The notes beneath the pieces were generated by a model. It ran no database searches and was not told the origin of the DNA. It worked only from the letters and a program-made list of their open reading frames with translations. A stretch of DNA of 64,000 bases from Squalus acanthias (lineage: Eukaryota): the NCBI GenBank assembly GCA_030390025.1, contig CM059432.1, positions 48,176,001 through 48,240,000 on the forward strand, written 5' to 3'. Positions 26,150-39,571 of this stretch are shown here, in pieces. Each line of letters starts with the position of its first letter. Position 1 is the first letter of the stretch. The translations under genes and the position numbers were made by a program.

Positions 26150-27395
26150 AAGAACTTAAGAAATAGGAGCAGGAGTAGGCCATTCAGCCCTGCGAGCCTG
26201 CACGGCTATTCAATAAGATCATGGCTGATCTTCTAACTCAACCTTCCCACACTATCCCCATATCTCTTGAATCCCTTAATATCCAAAAATCTATCGATCT
26301 CTGTCTTGAATATACTCAATGACTGAGCATTCACAGCCCTCTGGGGTAGAGAATTCCAAAGATTCACAACCCTAAGTGAAGAAATTTCTCATCTCAGTCC
26401 TAAATGGCCAACCCCTTGTTCCAAGACTGTGACCCCTAGTCCTAGACTCCCTAGCCAGGGGAAAACATCCTCCCAGCATCTACCCTGTAAGAATTTTATA
26501 TGTTTGTGATCACCTCTCATTCTTCTAAATTCTAGGGAATATAGGCCTAGTCTACGCAATCTCTCCTCATAGGGCAATCCCCTCAGCCCAGGAATCAGTC
26601 TGGTAAACCGTCATTGCACTCCCTCTAAGGCAAGTATATCCTTCCTTAGGTAAGGAGACCAAAACTGTACACAGTATTCCAGGTGTGGTCTTACCAAGGC
26701 CCTATATTTTTTTTTATTCGTTTTTTTTAATGGGATCAGGGCATCACTGGCAATATAATTGCAGTATTACTTATTACAAAAGGATTGGAGTACAAGAGTA
26801 AATAACAGTTAACATACCATTTAATTGCCTAATTGCTTGCTGTACCTGCATGTTTCAGTGATTCATGTACAAGGACACCCACATTTCCCAATCTCATGAT
26901 TAAAAAAAGTATTCTGCTTTTCTATTTTTCCTATCAAAGTGGCTAACTTCACATTATATTCCATCTGCCATGGTCTTACCCACTCACTTAACCCGTCTAT
27001 ATCCCTTTGCATCCTCTTCACAACTACTTTCCCACTTGGACTCAGTCACCTGAGAACTCATTTTTAGTGTGGAAGCAAGTCATCCTCAGTTCCAAGGGAC
27101 TGTCTAAGAAGATTACACTTAGTTCCCTCATCCAAGTCATTGATATAGATTGTAAATAGTTGAAGCCCAAGTACTGATTCTTGTGGTACCCCACTAGTTA
27201 CAGCCTGCCAACGTGATAATGACCTGCTTATTCCTACTCTCTGGTGAGCCAATCCTCAATCTTTGCTAATATATTACCCCCAATCCGAATTTTGTGTAAC
27301 AACCTCTTGTGTGGCACCTTATCGAATGCTTTCTGAAACTCCAAATACCTCAAAAAAACTATTAGATTGGTCAAACACAATGTCCCTTTCATAAA
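26150..27395 (-). mobile_element. CR1 LINE fragment (degenerate), with an RTE 3' tail inserted at about 27036-27112
   Basis: GVPQESVLGLQLFTIYINDL and LGLYSLEFRRMRGD; the inserted piece matches 39015-39093. Confidence 0.85.
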
Positions 27396-28097
27396 AAGAT
27401 TTTTATATTTAAATGTTTTGCAGTGCTTATTTTAGTAATAGAACATTAATGCAATGAGAAGCTTCAATGTAATATTAGAGGATTTTTTTTCAGTGTCATG
27501 TTGGGTGAGCTGAAATGTAAATGCCTGTCGGAGGAAGTACAAAATTGCTTGGAGTTGCCAGCAGCAAGAGTCAAAAATAGCAGTCAAAGATTAAGACAGC
27601 ACTGGAAATCTACTCTCGCCACATGGTGATACATCAGTTTCAAAAAGAGACAGCATAGTAAGTCAATGAAACATTTATTTTATTACTAAATCTTATGGCT
27701 TACAACTCTTATTGCATTGGTTAAAAGATAATACCATGAATGAGTAAATTGCAGAATTATTGCTTTTGAAAATTAATATTCAATATAATTAACTTTAACT
27801 AGGAACTGCTTTACAGTTATCACTAAAAAAAACTCTTACAACTTGAACAATATATCCAGTGCTACAGATTAGTCCTTCAAAAAATTACAGACTGCCTTCA
27901 AGTCCTTTATTTTCAACAGAGGAAATAATTGCTTCAGATTTTGTTAATCAGTTAGGCTCATTGAGATCCAGGAACATGATAACAATCCAGTGGCTGCTCA
28001 GACCTCTCTGGGTGACCCAGTTTTATTAATTTGTGCTTAAAGACGTTGGCTGCCTTCCTACAATTGCTTGTCCATTCCGGGCGGCGGGGGCAGGGAT

Positions 28098-28265
28098 CAA
28101 TGATCCCTGTAAGCTGCGCTTTGTTCCGTGCGACCAGTTTCTTTTAATGCGCGGCCCCTTTGAATTTCTGCGCATGTGTGGTTTTTAACAATGTAAAAGC
28201 TAGTGTGCGGCCTGCGCAGGTCCGTTCAGATTATTGCGCGGCTGTGCACCTTAACGGGAACAGTG
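28098..28265. mobile_element. hAT-type MITE
   Basis: TIRs CAATGATCCC / GGGAACAGTG; 8-bp TSD GCAGGGAT/GCGGGGAT. Sister copy at 53368-53514. Confidence 0.75.
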
Positions 28266-28275
28266 GCGGGGATTA

Positions 28276-28281
28276 TTTATT
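28276..28281 (-). terminator. Candidate polyadenylation signal of the carbonic anhydrase gene
   Basis: First AATAAA on the minus strand, about 60 nt after the stop; others near 28022, 27906 and 27675. Confidence 0.45.
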
Positions 28282-28340
28282 GCTGCTCAGATTAGACAGG
28301 GACAGTTCAGGGAGGCAAGCTGCTGGCTGTATTCAAATCC

Positions 28341-28451
28341 TTACTGGAAGTTTTTTCGGATCTCCCTGCACTTCAGAGGCTGGGGAGGTCGGTAGTTGTC
28401 CTGCATGGGATCATCTGGCCCGGTGAACTCCAAGGTGCGGAACTTTGTCAT
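28341..28451 (-). CDS. Cytosolic alpha-carbonic anhydrase exon 7
   Basis: ttccag|MTKFRTLEFTGPDDPMQDNYRPPQPLKCREIRKNFQ*; conserved DN.RP.QPL motif. Confidence 0.96.
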   Translation of the reverse strand: MTKFRTLEFTGPDDPMQDNYRPPQPLKCREIRKNFQ

Positions 28452-29377
28452 CTGGAAAATACAAGTGTGATAAGGATAATAAATTTACAAACAACCCTAT
28501 CTGCCGCCCCCCAACCCAATTCTTTACTAAAATAGATACATGGAGAAGCACAAGGCAAATTTTGCAGCAGTCAATTGGCAACTTCAAGGTTGCTGCATGA
28601 ATTTAATTTATTTTGCGTTGTAACTAAAATGCATTGAAGAATAATTTTATTGGATGCGATCATTTAAGGTTTGTGTGGACATGGGGAAACTCTATGCAAA
28701 TACTTAAATTGCTGATGTTATCTCCAGCAGTGTATGTAGGTATCAATACATCATTGGATGATCACACCTTTTTAAAAAAAAATTAAAATGTTTAAATTTT
28801 ACAGTGTTGAAATATGCCCTGAGAGTTGAAAATGTTTTGCTTTCTAGTCGGTTCAGATTCTGTATTTCACCTTCATCCAGGCAACAAAGTTCAGAGATTC
28901 CAGACAAGATCCACCCCGATGTATTTTTTCCTGTTGCTGGAGTGGCGCCACTGCTCATTTAATCAGTTTCCATGATCAGTCTCTTACTCTAAGAAGAGGA
29001 AGTCTCCCAATCTTAGACATGGCTACGTGCTCCTGTGTGTCCTTTCACTTCCTCTCTAAAATCACGAGCTAACTGGCTTTGGCAACCAGCAGAACTAATG
29101 TTGAGCAACTGAGTGGCTAACAAATGTATTTGTAACTCAGTTACCGTTAAAATACAACTATTAATATTTGAAACCCGACTGGCAGTATTTTTTAAAAATC
29201 TGTTAAAAGGTACCACGATACCTTGGTTTGTGCCCCCGAGTAGAGCCTCTATCTGAAATTAGATTAGGGTGCACTAGTGGGTAGAGAATCTAGCCAAACC
29301 AATGCAGAAAGTCCTCCCCAGAGGACAGCAGCATCTCAACTGGCTGGAGCGTGTACTTACATGTGGTAAGTTTACAT

Positions 29378-30000
29378 GAAATGAGCTTCAGACTACATAT
29401 CCGCGCCATCACTAAGACTGCCTATTTCCACCTCCAGAACATCGCCTGACTCAGCTCATCTGCTGCTGAAACCCTCATCCATGCCTTGTTACCTCTAGAC
29501 TTGGACTATTCCTACGTTCTACCCTCAGTATACTTGAGGTCATCCAAAACGCTGTTGCCTGTATCCTAACTCGCACCAAGTCCTGTTCATCAAACACCCG
29601 TGCTCGCGGACCTACACTGGCTCCAGGTTAAGCAACGCCTCGATTTAAAAAATCTCATCCTGGTTTTGAAATCCCTCCAGAGCCTTGCCCCTTCCTACTC
29701 TAATCTCCTCCAGCCCTACATCTGTGCTCCTCTAATTCTGGCTTTTTGAACACCAATTTTAAATCGCTCCACCATCGGTGGCTGTGCCTTCAGCTGCCAA
29801 GGCCCTAAGGTCTGAAATTCCCTCCCTAACCCTCGCCGCCTCTCTTACCTCCTTTAAAGATGCATCTTAAAACCTACCTTTCTGCCCGAATATCTCATGT
29901 GGCCGGGTGTCAAATTTTGTTCTATAACGCTCCTGTGAAGCACCTTGGGATGTTTTATTTATATAGCACTTTTCAAGTAGTAAAAGTTGTTTTTGTAGGA
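29378..30000 (+). mobile_element. L2 LINE 3' fragment in CA intron 6
   Basis: Reverse homolog of 47390-48100 (AETLIHA, LHWL.VKQRLD-type coding remnants). Confidence 0.8.
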
Positions 30001-31668
30001 ATTTAGAATAGAAATAAAGGACAGAATAAATGACTTTAAAATGAAGGCTAAATTATGTCTGGTGTACCCTGGTCCACCTTCTGGCCACCACTTCACCTGA
30101 AGACTACGATTGGTCTTGGTCTCGATTCCCTATGTGCAGTACCATGGGGGAAATTGGCTGCTGTATGTATACGTCTAGATCAATGTCATCCAGCCTAGGC
30201 TTATAGCGCCTTCATGTTCAAGAATCACTGATTTCTTTGTGCACCCTTCACCCAACTCTTGTAACTCTAAAAATGTAAAAGCCTGGTTTTGAGCATTAAA
30301 GGTGAGAAACAGGCTTTTAGTATTTCTTTTGTTTTTTTTTAGTACTTAGTGTATTGCGGGTTGTGGCAAATAATATCTGGGGTGGTTGAAGGCCAGATGG
30401 GGTGGGCAGAGGTTTAAGTTTCCCATAAAACTATCCTTCAGGCTCCTGAGCTGCCTCTCCAAGATCGATAGTACTGTGCTGCAGAGGACCACTCCCTTTG
30501 TGTTGCATTTTTTCCCCTGGCACAATCGCCTCATGCGCCCCAATTCAGGTCTGCAGCCCTGTCGGAGTCTCCTCCTCTTCTAGATGCCAGCCTGGATTCT
30601 CCCCACCCACCTGTGAAGCTCTGGCTGAATTATACCCCGCACCCACCACCTGCTGCCCAAAAGTCATCCACAACCCAGGAAAACAGAATTCACACCCAAT
30701 AGCTGCTCAGAACATTTAAAACCAGTGTGATAGATCTAGGATATGTTCTATTTCAATTTATAAGAAATTTTTGCAGCCATTCTTCAGTCTTTGAACAATT
30801 TCAAGTGGCTTTCATTGGCTCAAAGAAGAGTTTGAGTGGAAGCATATATGTTGTCTTGTTTGGGACGCCAGTAATCATTGAGCTATAGGTGTCAAATAGT
30901 GTATCTTCTGAAAAGACAACACTTTTATATACAAGATATGAACCATTATCCAATCAAACTGGTGCCATGGCCAAGGTGCTCCAGTGTGTCTTTGATGTTG
31001 GTTTATATGGCAACTATATGCTCAGAGGTTTTCTAACAGACATACTGCTAGTTCAGCAGTTCACTAGGATCAACTGTATTTTCAAATCACTATGGCGAGA
31101 TAGAACTGTGACCATACTGGCAGATATTTGTGTAACCAAAATATCAAAGCACTGTTGCTATTTTGGGCTCAGTAAGAGTTTAGTGTACCAGTGAAAGTAT
31201 TAATATTTGGATCTGCTAGCAGAACACTTTGCATAATTTTACATCTCAACAAAACTGAATTTGTTTAGCCTGAACTATCTGGTATATATGAAAATTAGAG
31301 ATCACTCTGCTATGGTGCACACAACCTCCAATTAACTTTACTAAAGCAATTTTCTATTACTTTGATGCACTTTTAAAATATTTTATATTTTAGCAGTATG
31401 TCTGTTAGGAATAGTACCTGCATTAAAATCTGATGCAATTTTCCAAGATAAAAATTCTGAATATGTCATTTAATAAAGTTGCAAGTATTTTAGATTTTTA
31501 TTTCAATCATTGTCTATGAATATTTAAATATTCAGAAGTATTCTATTCAGATATTCTGGCTATTTTATTAAGTTTTTATTGACCTCTGGCTGAATGTTTC
31601 AAAAATATATTTAACAATAATCACACTTAGGACTGTTATTTTTAGACAATCCATGCTTATTTATTTAC

Positions 31669-31824
31669 CTGTTCTGAGCTGAGAGTGATAGGCTCCTTAA
31701 GAACAATCCAGATGACACTCTCAAACAGAGGAGGAGTGGTCAGGGATCCCAGGTAAGTATAATAATTGAGACAAGGAGGCAGCAGGGCGCAAGGGGCAAA
31801 GTCTGTGAATTCAACTTTAGAACC
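31669..31824 (-). CDS. Carbonic anhydrase exon 6
   Basis: ttttag|[52 protein letters not shown]|gtaaat; 156 nt; GSLTTPP carries Thr199. Confidence 0.97.
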
Positions 31825-33935
31825 CTAAAACAGAAAGAACTGCGATTAGAACTCAAGTAATAAATAAAAGTTTACAGTCCACCATGATAAATGACATATC
31901 AGTTTGGATGAGAAATGAAAATGAAGTAGTCCGCATCAGTACGTATCAGGTATTGGTGACTCAGGCTTCATGGATAACAAGCCACTGCATGAGGCCAGCC
32001 ATTATCTGCAAGTGATGAATGTGCCATAGTGAATGACTGTAGCCTCTTGACATACTGAGAGCAAAACGGGTCTTTGGCAGTAACACAAAATGGGCAATAG
32101 CAAATCAGCAGCCCATTTCACACACTGCCTGAAAAAAATCAGGCGAGGTGTAAAAAGGGGCTGCTGATCTGCTTTCAATTGTTCTGTGCCATCACCAAAG
32201 ACCAATTTCAGCCCCATTGTCTTTACACAATGCAGACAATTTATTTATAGTATATTTTTAAAAATCTTATGTCTGGTGTACTTCCTGTCAAATTTCCCAT
32301 TATAAATTTCAATGTTTATATTTATAATGGAAACTACTTGTCCAGAATTTTAATCTGGAGGCGGGTTGAGGGGGTGGTGGTGCTGGAAAGCGGTCGGGAA
32401 ACCTGGGAGAACAGGCTTCCCCATAGGACCTGCCGAATTTAATGGCAGGGCCTGATTAACATTTCAAAGCTCTTTTTCCTGCCCGCAGTCAGCCAGATGG
32501 AGGCAGTGAGGGAGGTATCAAGGGTGGAATAAAAGAGGCACCTCGGGGAGGGGAGGTTGGAGGCCTCAAGGTGGGTGTCCGATCACAGGGGATGGGTGAG
32601 GCAGGCACAAAGGCACTTACCTCCTGGTTCCAGCAGTCCTTGCCTTCCTTTAGCTGGTGGGTTCCCAGAGGCCTGGGAAATCCTACCAGCCAGAGTTAAA
32701 TTTGTAATGGTGAAGTCTCATTATATTTAAATGGGCAACCCACCTCCTGGCAGTGGGTTGGCTGTCTGCCCCCCCCCCCCCCCACCCCATTAAAATGGGA
32801 AGTGGGTGGATTGGAGTTGGGATTCAGTTTTTTTATATAAACTAACCTCCCAGCTGACCCCAACCCACCCATTTTTTGGGGTTAAAATTCCCACTCCTCG
32901 TTTCAGCTTGTCACACTATTAACAGCCTCCCCCAGTGTAGGTGCTGTAGTGTTACCACTTGCAGGAAGGTGTAATTTTAAAGCTTGCAGTTTCCAGTATA
33001 TATGTGGACATAGGAATTTATAATGGAAATGTAATAAGGACAGAATGTAGGACTTTAAAATGGGGACTGAATTATATCTGCATGCCCAAGTACAATTATC
33101 CCCTGCCCTCAGAGTCCCTTTTACCACAAGACTACACTTGGGGGGGCAGGGGGAGGAATTGGTCTTGGGTGGCAGCACCAAATGGACTAAAGCGAATCGA
33201 CAGCCCACTTTACACCCCGTCCACTATGAAAAAAGAAAATTGGGTAGGGTATATAAACAGGCTGCCAAGTCTTCATTCCCTATGTGCAATATCAGTAGTT
33301 ATAAAAGTGTCTTGGGTTTAAGATCTTCAGCCTTATTAACAGGGATGCAGATAGAGCTGCAGAGTAGTACACATGCTGATTTAAACTGGAACACAAAATA
33401 AAAAAGGTTTTGTAAAATATAATGTAAAAATAATCAGGCCGTGGAGCAGGACAATATGATTTACAGAAAAGGAACAACACTTGTCCTTCTGGTTTGAAGA
33501 GAATATTCTAGTGGAGGCCTAAACCCCTTAGAAGTAACCACTGGTATATGCTAAACACACACTGCTTATGTTACAATTCTACATGTATGTGTTGAAGTTT
33601 GTGATGTTGGGAGTAAATATTTGTCCACTATTTTATCAAGGGGTTAACTTGTTCAAACAAGTTAAATTCTTTTGTTAAAATGGCATGTAGATAATTTGAC
33701 AAAAGCGAATATATGTTATCAATATCACAAAGCATGATTTCAATTCCTAACCAGCATCTGTACTATTTACGTTGGCCTTGGCAACAGAACAGAGGTTTCA
33801 TGTAAAACATGGAAGGTAAAGGTTTGACATTTTCATTTAAGGAAACAACGAATATAAAAAGTTAACATTTAAATAGGTGCAAATTTGTATTTACCTCTAT
33901 ATACACTATGGTTGTATAGAATAGGATTCATGTAC

Positions 33936-33998
33936 CTTTTTTTTAATGCAGTCCAGAGAAGAAAGCATCTTCTGCAGAGCTGGATTTTCATTACATAC
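33936..33998 (-). CDS. Carbonic anhydrase exon 5
   Basis: tttcag|VCNENPALQKMLSSLDCIKKK|gtacat; 63 nt, the canonical size. Confidence 0.92.
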
Positions 33999-34564
33999 CT
34001 GAAAGTCACAAAAGATAGTTCAAAAAAGTTCACAGGACCCTGTGGTTATTCAGATTTGCATTTAGGTTTACAAGGAAGTTGCACCACGAAGGAATCTAAA
34101 GGCCACTAATACTAGGCTCATGTTTTACTATTCACCAAATAGTAATTGTATTTTACCCTGGATAACAGAATGTTCCATTTCCTTTTTCACATCTGAGAAT
34201 TCTGCTTGTAACAACCATGAGCAATCACTGCAGTAATGACTGGTATTATTATTATTGAGTTCAACTAAAGGTTGCTCACATGACAATGCACTGAGGAATG
34301 CTCACAAATTGGATGAAAAAAATCATTAAGTAAAGACACAACAAAGATGAAAGGAACCATTATGCTGGGTAACAGGACACTTGGTAAAGTTGACCCAATT
34401 TACTCGCAAGCAATAGTGAGTTGTGCAATTATGAGCAGGTCACTGGAAAGCTACACAATTTTGCACACTTAGTTTTCCATGGATTCCATGATCATCTACA
34501 AATCTGAAGTATTTAATTATTTCCAATCAGACTGGCTGCTTTGGAGCCTTGCTTCACTGGATTA

Positions 34565-35545
34565 AAAAAGTGTTATTTGCGGGATGTGAGAGTCACTAGC
34601 GAGGCCAGCATTTATAGTTCCCATCCCTAGATGCCCTTGAGAAAGTGGTTATGGGACTTCTTGAACCACTGCAGTCTATGTGGGAATGGTGCTCCCACAG
34701 TGCTGTTAGGTAGGGAGCTCCAGGATTTTGACCCAGTGATGATGAAGGAACAACAATGTATGCCCATATGCAACTGTTGCCCTTCTAAGTGGTGGAGGTC
34801 ACAGATTTGGGAGGTGCTGAGAGAAGCATTGGCGCTATGCTGCAGTGCATGCTGTAGATAGTACACACTGTAGCCATGGTATACTTGGGATGAAGGGGAT
34901 AGATATTAGGCTAGCGGAAGAAATGCTAATCAAGTGGACTGCTTTGTCCTGGGTGGAATCAAGCTTCTTGAGTGCAGTTGCCGTTGCACCCATCCAGGCA
35001 AATGGAATGTATTCCATCACACTCCTGGCTTGTGCCATGTACATGATGGAGGCTTTGGGGAGTGAGGAGGGGAGCAGCTCACTGCAGTATAGCCAGTCTC
35101 TGACCTTCTCTAGTGGCCGCAGCATTTATGTAGTTGGTCCAGTTGTTTCTGGTCAGTGGTCACCTCTAGGATGTTGATGGTGGGGGAAAGGCCATTGAAT
35201 GTCATGGGGTGACGGTTAGACTTTCTCTTGTTGTAGATGGTCATTGCCTGGCACTTCTGTGGCGCAAATGTTACTTGCCACTTATTAATCCAAACCTGAA
35301 TGGTTTCCAGGTCTTGCTGCTTGCCTGCATGGTACTTCATTATCTGAGGAATTGCAAATGGAGTTGAACACTGCAGTCATCAGTGAACAGCTTCACTTCT
35401 GACTTGATGGAGGGAAGATCATTGATGAGGCAGCTGAAGATAGTTCAAACTAGGACACTGTCCTGAGGAAATCTTGCATCAGTGTCTTGAGGCTGAGATG
35501 ATTGGCCACCAACCACCACAATCATTTTCCTTTGTGCCAGGATCT
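34565..35545 (-). mobile_element. CR1-group LINE 3' fragment in CA intron 4
   Basis: FPQDSVL, DLETIQVWINKWQVTFAPQKCQ, YMAQARSVMEY. Confidence 0.8.
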
Positions 35546-35582
35546 CAATTTCTGTTGCATTGTCACTCATGCCACAGTCAAA

Positions 35583-36478
35583 GGGGTAGAAATTAGGTCG
35601 CGCCCCATTTGGGGCGCAAATATCGTCCGGACGCAAATATTAGCGCCTGGCGCTAATTATCGGCACTGACGGGAAACTTCACTTTTACCGCCCCGGGAGG
35701 TGAGTGGAGCGCTAAAGCAGGCGCTGCACACCTCTCTTAAGGCGCAAAGGCCGAGCAGTGAGGCGCTAACTCTGAGCGCTGGCGAAGCTCATGTAATGTC
35801 AGTCAGCAATGGAACACACACACAATGGCACGGGCCAGTTCTTAAAGGGGATGGTTAATCTTGCTTTCCATCCACATCCTGTTCATTGCTGCCTTGAATC
35901 TCGGCCTGGAGAGACTTGCACATCAAATGTGCTGGAAAGAACAATGGAGAGCACCAGGCAAAGAGCTCAGAGTGCAGCTCCCACGGTCTCTGCTAAATCG
36001 ATACAAGGAATGGCAAATCAAAATGAACCTGCAAAGTGCTGCTCAGTACCCAAAACTCCTTCACACAACGTTGAATCTCTCCAGAAGTCTCTCCCTCTCT
36101 CTCTCTCAGAATGCGTAGTTCAAAAATGCCACCAACAATAAAAGACAGGAAGAGGCCCCCTTTAAATAGCGCCCCCCCCCAGCCCCACAGCGATTGATAA
36201 CGTTCCAGTCCTCTGGTCGTTGGAAGCGCCAGGCAGTAAGGCAGGGGGCGCCACTCAATTTCCGCTACGGGGCGCCCCAAGGGCGTTGCACCATGGAATG
36301 ACGTCACAATCTGCGCGCGCAGGTGGTCGCAGCGGTAAGTTTTAGCGCCGCCGCACAATCTCAAGTTAAGTTCTCGAGCGGCGCAAACATCGCTGCGCCC
36401 GGGCGTTAGCGGCTTTGCGCCCCATTAGCGCCCTCTTAAGGCGCTAATGGGTAGCGCAACCAAGTGAATTTTTACCCC
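35583..36478 (+). mobile_element. Young 896-bp Harbinger-derived MITE, copy 1
   Basis: TIRs GGGGTAGAAATT / AATTTTTACCCC; 3-bp TSD AAA; near-identical to copies 2 and 3. Confidence 0.9.
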
Positions 36479-37119
36479 AAAGTGCCTTCTAATGTTAGTG
36501 ATTGGACTTTGGTGCCCACATTAATACTTTGCATCAGATATTTATGGTCTTTTACAAAATGACAATTAAAAGCATTTGGACCAATGTAACATGAATATGT
36601 CATAGCAGTTACAAATGTGTCCATCTAATGGCTGAACTGAAGGTCAAGTATTTAAATATTTCTAGACATTATGAAATATAATCCATTGGTTAATTTGAAA
36701 ATGATATGGGGAAGTTGTTTGGTGCAGATTTCAGCAGATTAAAATATTTGAACTGCATAATTTATTACAGCATTCTTCTCATTCTCAAATTGAGTTTTGT
36801 CAGTGAATTGTGCTTAATTCTGTACATTATCTATGGTAAATCTGGTTGGACAGTTGAAGAAAGCATGTGTGTTGATTACAGTAGTCAAAGGGTAGATGAA
36901 TGTTTTTTTTTTTTAAAACAGCAAGTGAACTAAGACTTAGCTTTGCTGGTTGTTAAAGTCCTGAAGCTCATGAAGTTCAAGCTAAATTCCAAGCGATAAA
37001 ATAGCAAATGCAGACTGCAGAACCCGAACATGGACTGATATGCATTTTTGTCCAGGTATCAGCTTCACTCAGTTGGTAGCAACTTTACCACTAGGCAAAA
37101 AACAGGATTTCAAGCCCTG

Positions 37120-37602
37120 AGCGGGTGCAGAAGAGATTTACTGGAATGGTAAGAGATGAGGGACTTCAGTTATGGAGAGACTGGAGAAGTTGGGGTTGTT
37201 CTCCTTAGAGCAGAGAAAGTTTAAGATTTGATAGAGGTTCAAAACCAAAACCATGAATGGTTATGAGTGTTAATAAGAAGAAACTGTTTCCAGTGGCAGA
37301 AGGGTCAGTGACCAGAGGACACAGATTTAAGGTGATTGGCAAAAGAACCAGGGGCGACATGAAACATTTTTTTATGCAGCAAGTGGTGATCTGGAATGCA
37401 CTGTCTGAAAGGGTGGTGGAAGCAGATTCAATTGTATCATTCAAAAAAAAAGAATTGGATAAATATTTGAAGGGAAAAAATTTACAGGGCTATGGGGAAA
37501 GAGCTGGGGGAGTGGGACGAATTGGACAGCTCTACCAAAGAGCCGGCACAGGCACGATGGGCCAAATGGCCTCATTCTGTGCTGTATCATTCTATGATTC
37601 TA
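37120..37602 (+). mobile_element. CR1 3' fragment, preceded by a SINE head at about 37056-37118
   Basis: TRGHRFKVIGKR...IWNALSERVVEA; TTCTATGA tail. Confidence 0.85.
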
Positions 37603-38248
37603 ACTGACACCGCCAAATAGATTAACTGCTGTTAGTGGGACTTTGCTCTGTGCAAAATTGCTGTTGTGTTTATCCACGGATCACTAATTGCACAATGTAA
37701 TTCTATGTGAAGAGATGAGATGTTATATAAATACAAGTTCTTCCTTTGCCAATTTTCCAGTCTTGTCAAGCACCTGGGATGTTCTGCAACATCAAAAGCC
37801 CCATTATAAAGTAACTAGTTGTTGTTGAGCATATAAATACAATGCTGGGCACACTTCATGAAAACAAAAATCACAAGTACATTATATTAAAATACTATAA
37901 TAAGAACCACATGTAATTTCATAAACACATCCATCATGGTTGGAAGGCTGCAAGCAAAATGGGTAGAATTTTCCCAGTTATTGGTATGGTTATAGAAGGT
38001 GTACTACTACATTTAAAAAAAAAAAATCAGTAAATGTATCTAACAATATTCATTTTGTTGCCATGCCTATTCTGTTTTGAGAGCAGAATGTATAGTTTGC
38101 CTGATGCCACCCAGTTTCTGTAATCCTAGTTAGTTAGTTTATATGTACCAGTACACGTGTATAAATTGGTGACCGAGTTAACTTGTAAGTATAGGAACAG
38201 GGATTGGTTATCTATTGTTGTATTTGGCTATTTCTATGTTGGCAGTTG

Positions 38249-39093
38249 GCCCCCGCCACACAGTAATGCCCCCCAATTATCAAAATCCACGACAAGGCCT
38301 TGGACAACGTGGACCACTTTCCATACCTCGAGAGCCTACTGTCAACAAGGGCAGACGTAGACGACGAAGTCCAACACCGCCTTCAGTGTGCCAGTGCAGC
38401 CTTCGGTCGCCTGAGGAAGAGAGTGTTTGAAGACCAGGACCTCAAACCCAGCACTAAGCTCATGGTCTACAGAGCAGCAGTGATACCCACCCTGCTGTAT
38501 GCCTCAGAGACATGGACCATGTACAGCAGGCACCTCAAAGCACTGGAGAGGTACCACCAACGCTGCCTCCGCAAGATCCTGCAAATCCATGGGCAGATAG
38601 GCGCACCAATGTCAGTGTTCTTGCTCAGGCCAACATCCCCAGCGTCGAAGCTTTGACCACGCTCGATCAGCTCCGATGGACGGGTCACATTGTCCGCATG
38701 CCTGATACAAGACTCCCAAAACAAGCGCTCTACTCGGAGCTCCAGCACGGCAAGAGAGCCCCAGGTGGGCAGAGAAAACGCTTCAAGGACACCCTCAAAG
38801 CCTCCTTGAAAAAGTGTAACATCCCCACCGACACCTGGGAATCCCTGGCCCAAGACCGCACAAAGTGGAGGAAGGCGCCGAACACCTAGAGTCTCTTCGC
38901 CGGGAGCAAGCGGAAGCCAAGCGCAGGCAGCGCACGTCAACCCAAGCACCCCACCCACCCGCCCCTTCAACCACCGTCTGCTCCACCTGTGACAGAGACT
39001 GTAGGTCCTGCATTGGACTCATCAGTCACCTGCAAATTCATTTTTAATGTGGAAGCAAGTCATCCTCGGTTCCAAGGGACTGCCTAAGAGGAG
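38249..39093 (+). mobile_element. RTE-clade LINE 3' fragment with a 62-bp TSD
   Basis: VDHFPYLES, YRAAVIPTLLYASETW, LRWTGHIVRMPDTRLPKQALYSEL, C-terminal CxxC...H; AAG-type tail. Confidence 0.92.
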
Positions 39094-39475
39094 AAGTATA
39101 GGAACAGGGATTGGGTATCTATTGGTGTATTTGGCTATTTCTATGTTGGCAGTTGATCATAGCATAGCTAGGGTGATAGAGATAATGAGGGTGATACTGG
39201 ACACGGGTGAGGGTGCAAAACAGGCAAATTGCATTTGCTGACCATTAAGACACCCCCAATATTCAGTTCTATTGAAGTCAATGGAACTTATATCGGGCAG
39301 AGTGCATAACAGGCAACCGATTCGATACCACCTGTTTTGTGTCCCCACTCATGGATCTATGCAGTACACATGGTGTGTAATACTTGCAAATGAATTTCTT
39401 TATAGAATCAATGAAAAAGGCAAGGACCATTATTGCACATATTATAAAGCCAGCTTATTAAATAAATGTTCATAC

Positions 39476-39571
39476 CTTGAGGAAGACACCAATTACAGCC
39501 AGACCATCAGGTGCTTTAGCAGCCTCAGCAAAATCACAGTACTTTTCTGCATTCCAATGCACCAGGTGAAG
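39476..39571 (-). CDS. Carbonic anhydrase exon 4
   Basis: ttctag|[32 protein letters not shown]|gtatga; contains Zn ligand His119. Confidence 0.97.
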
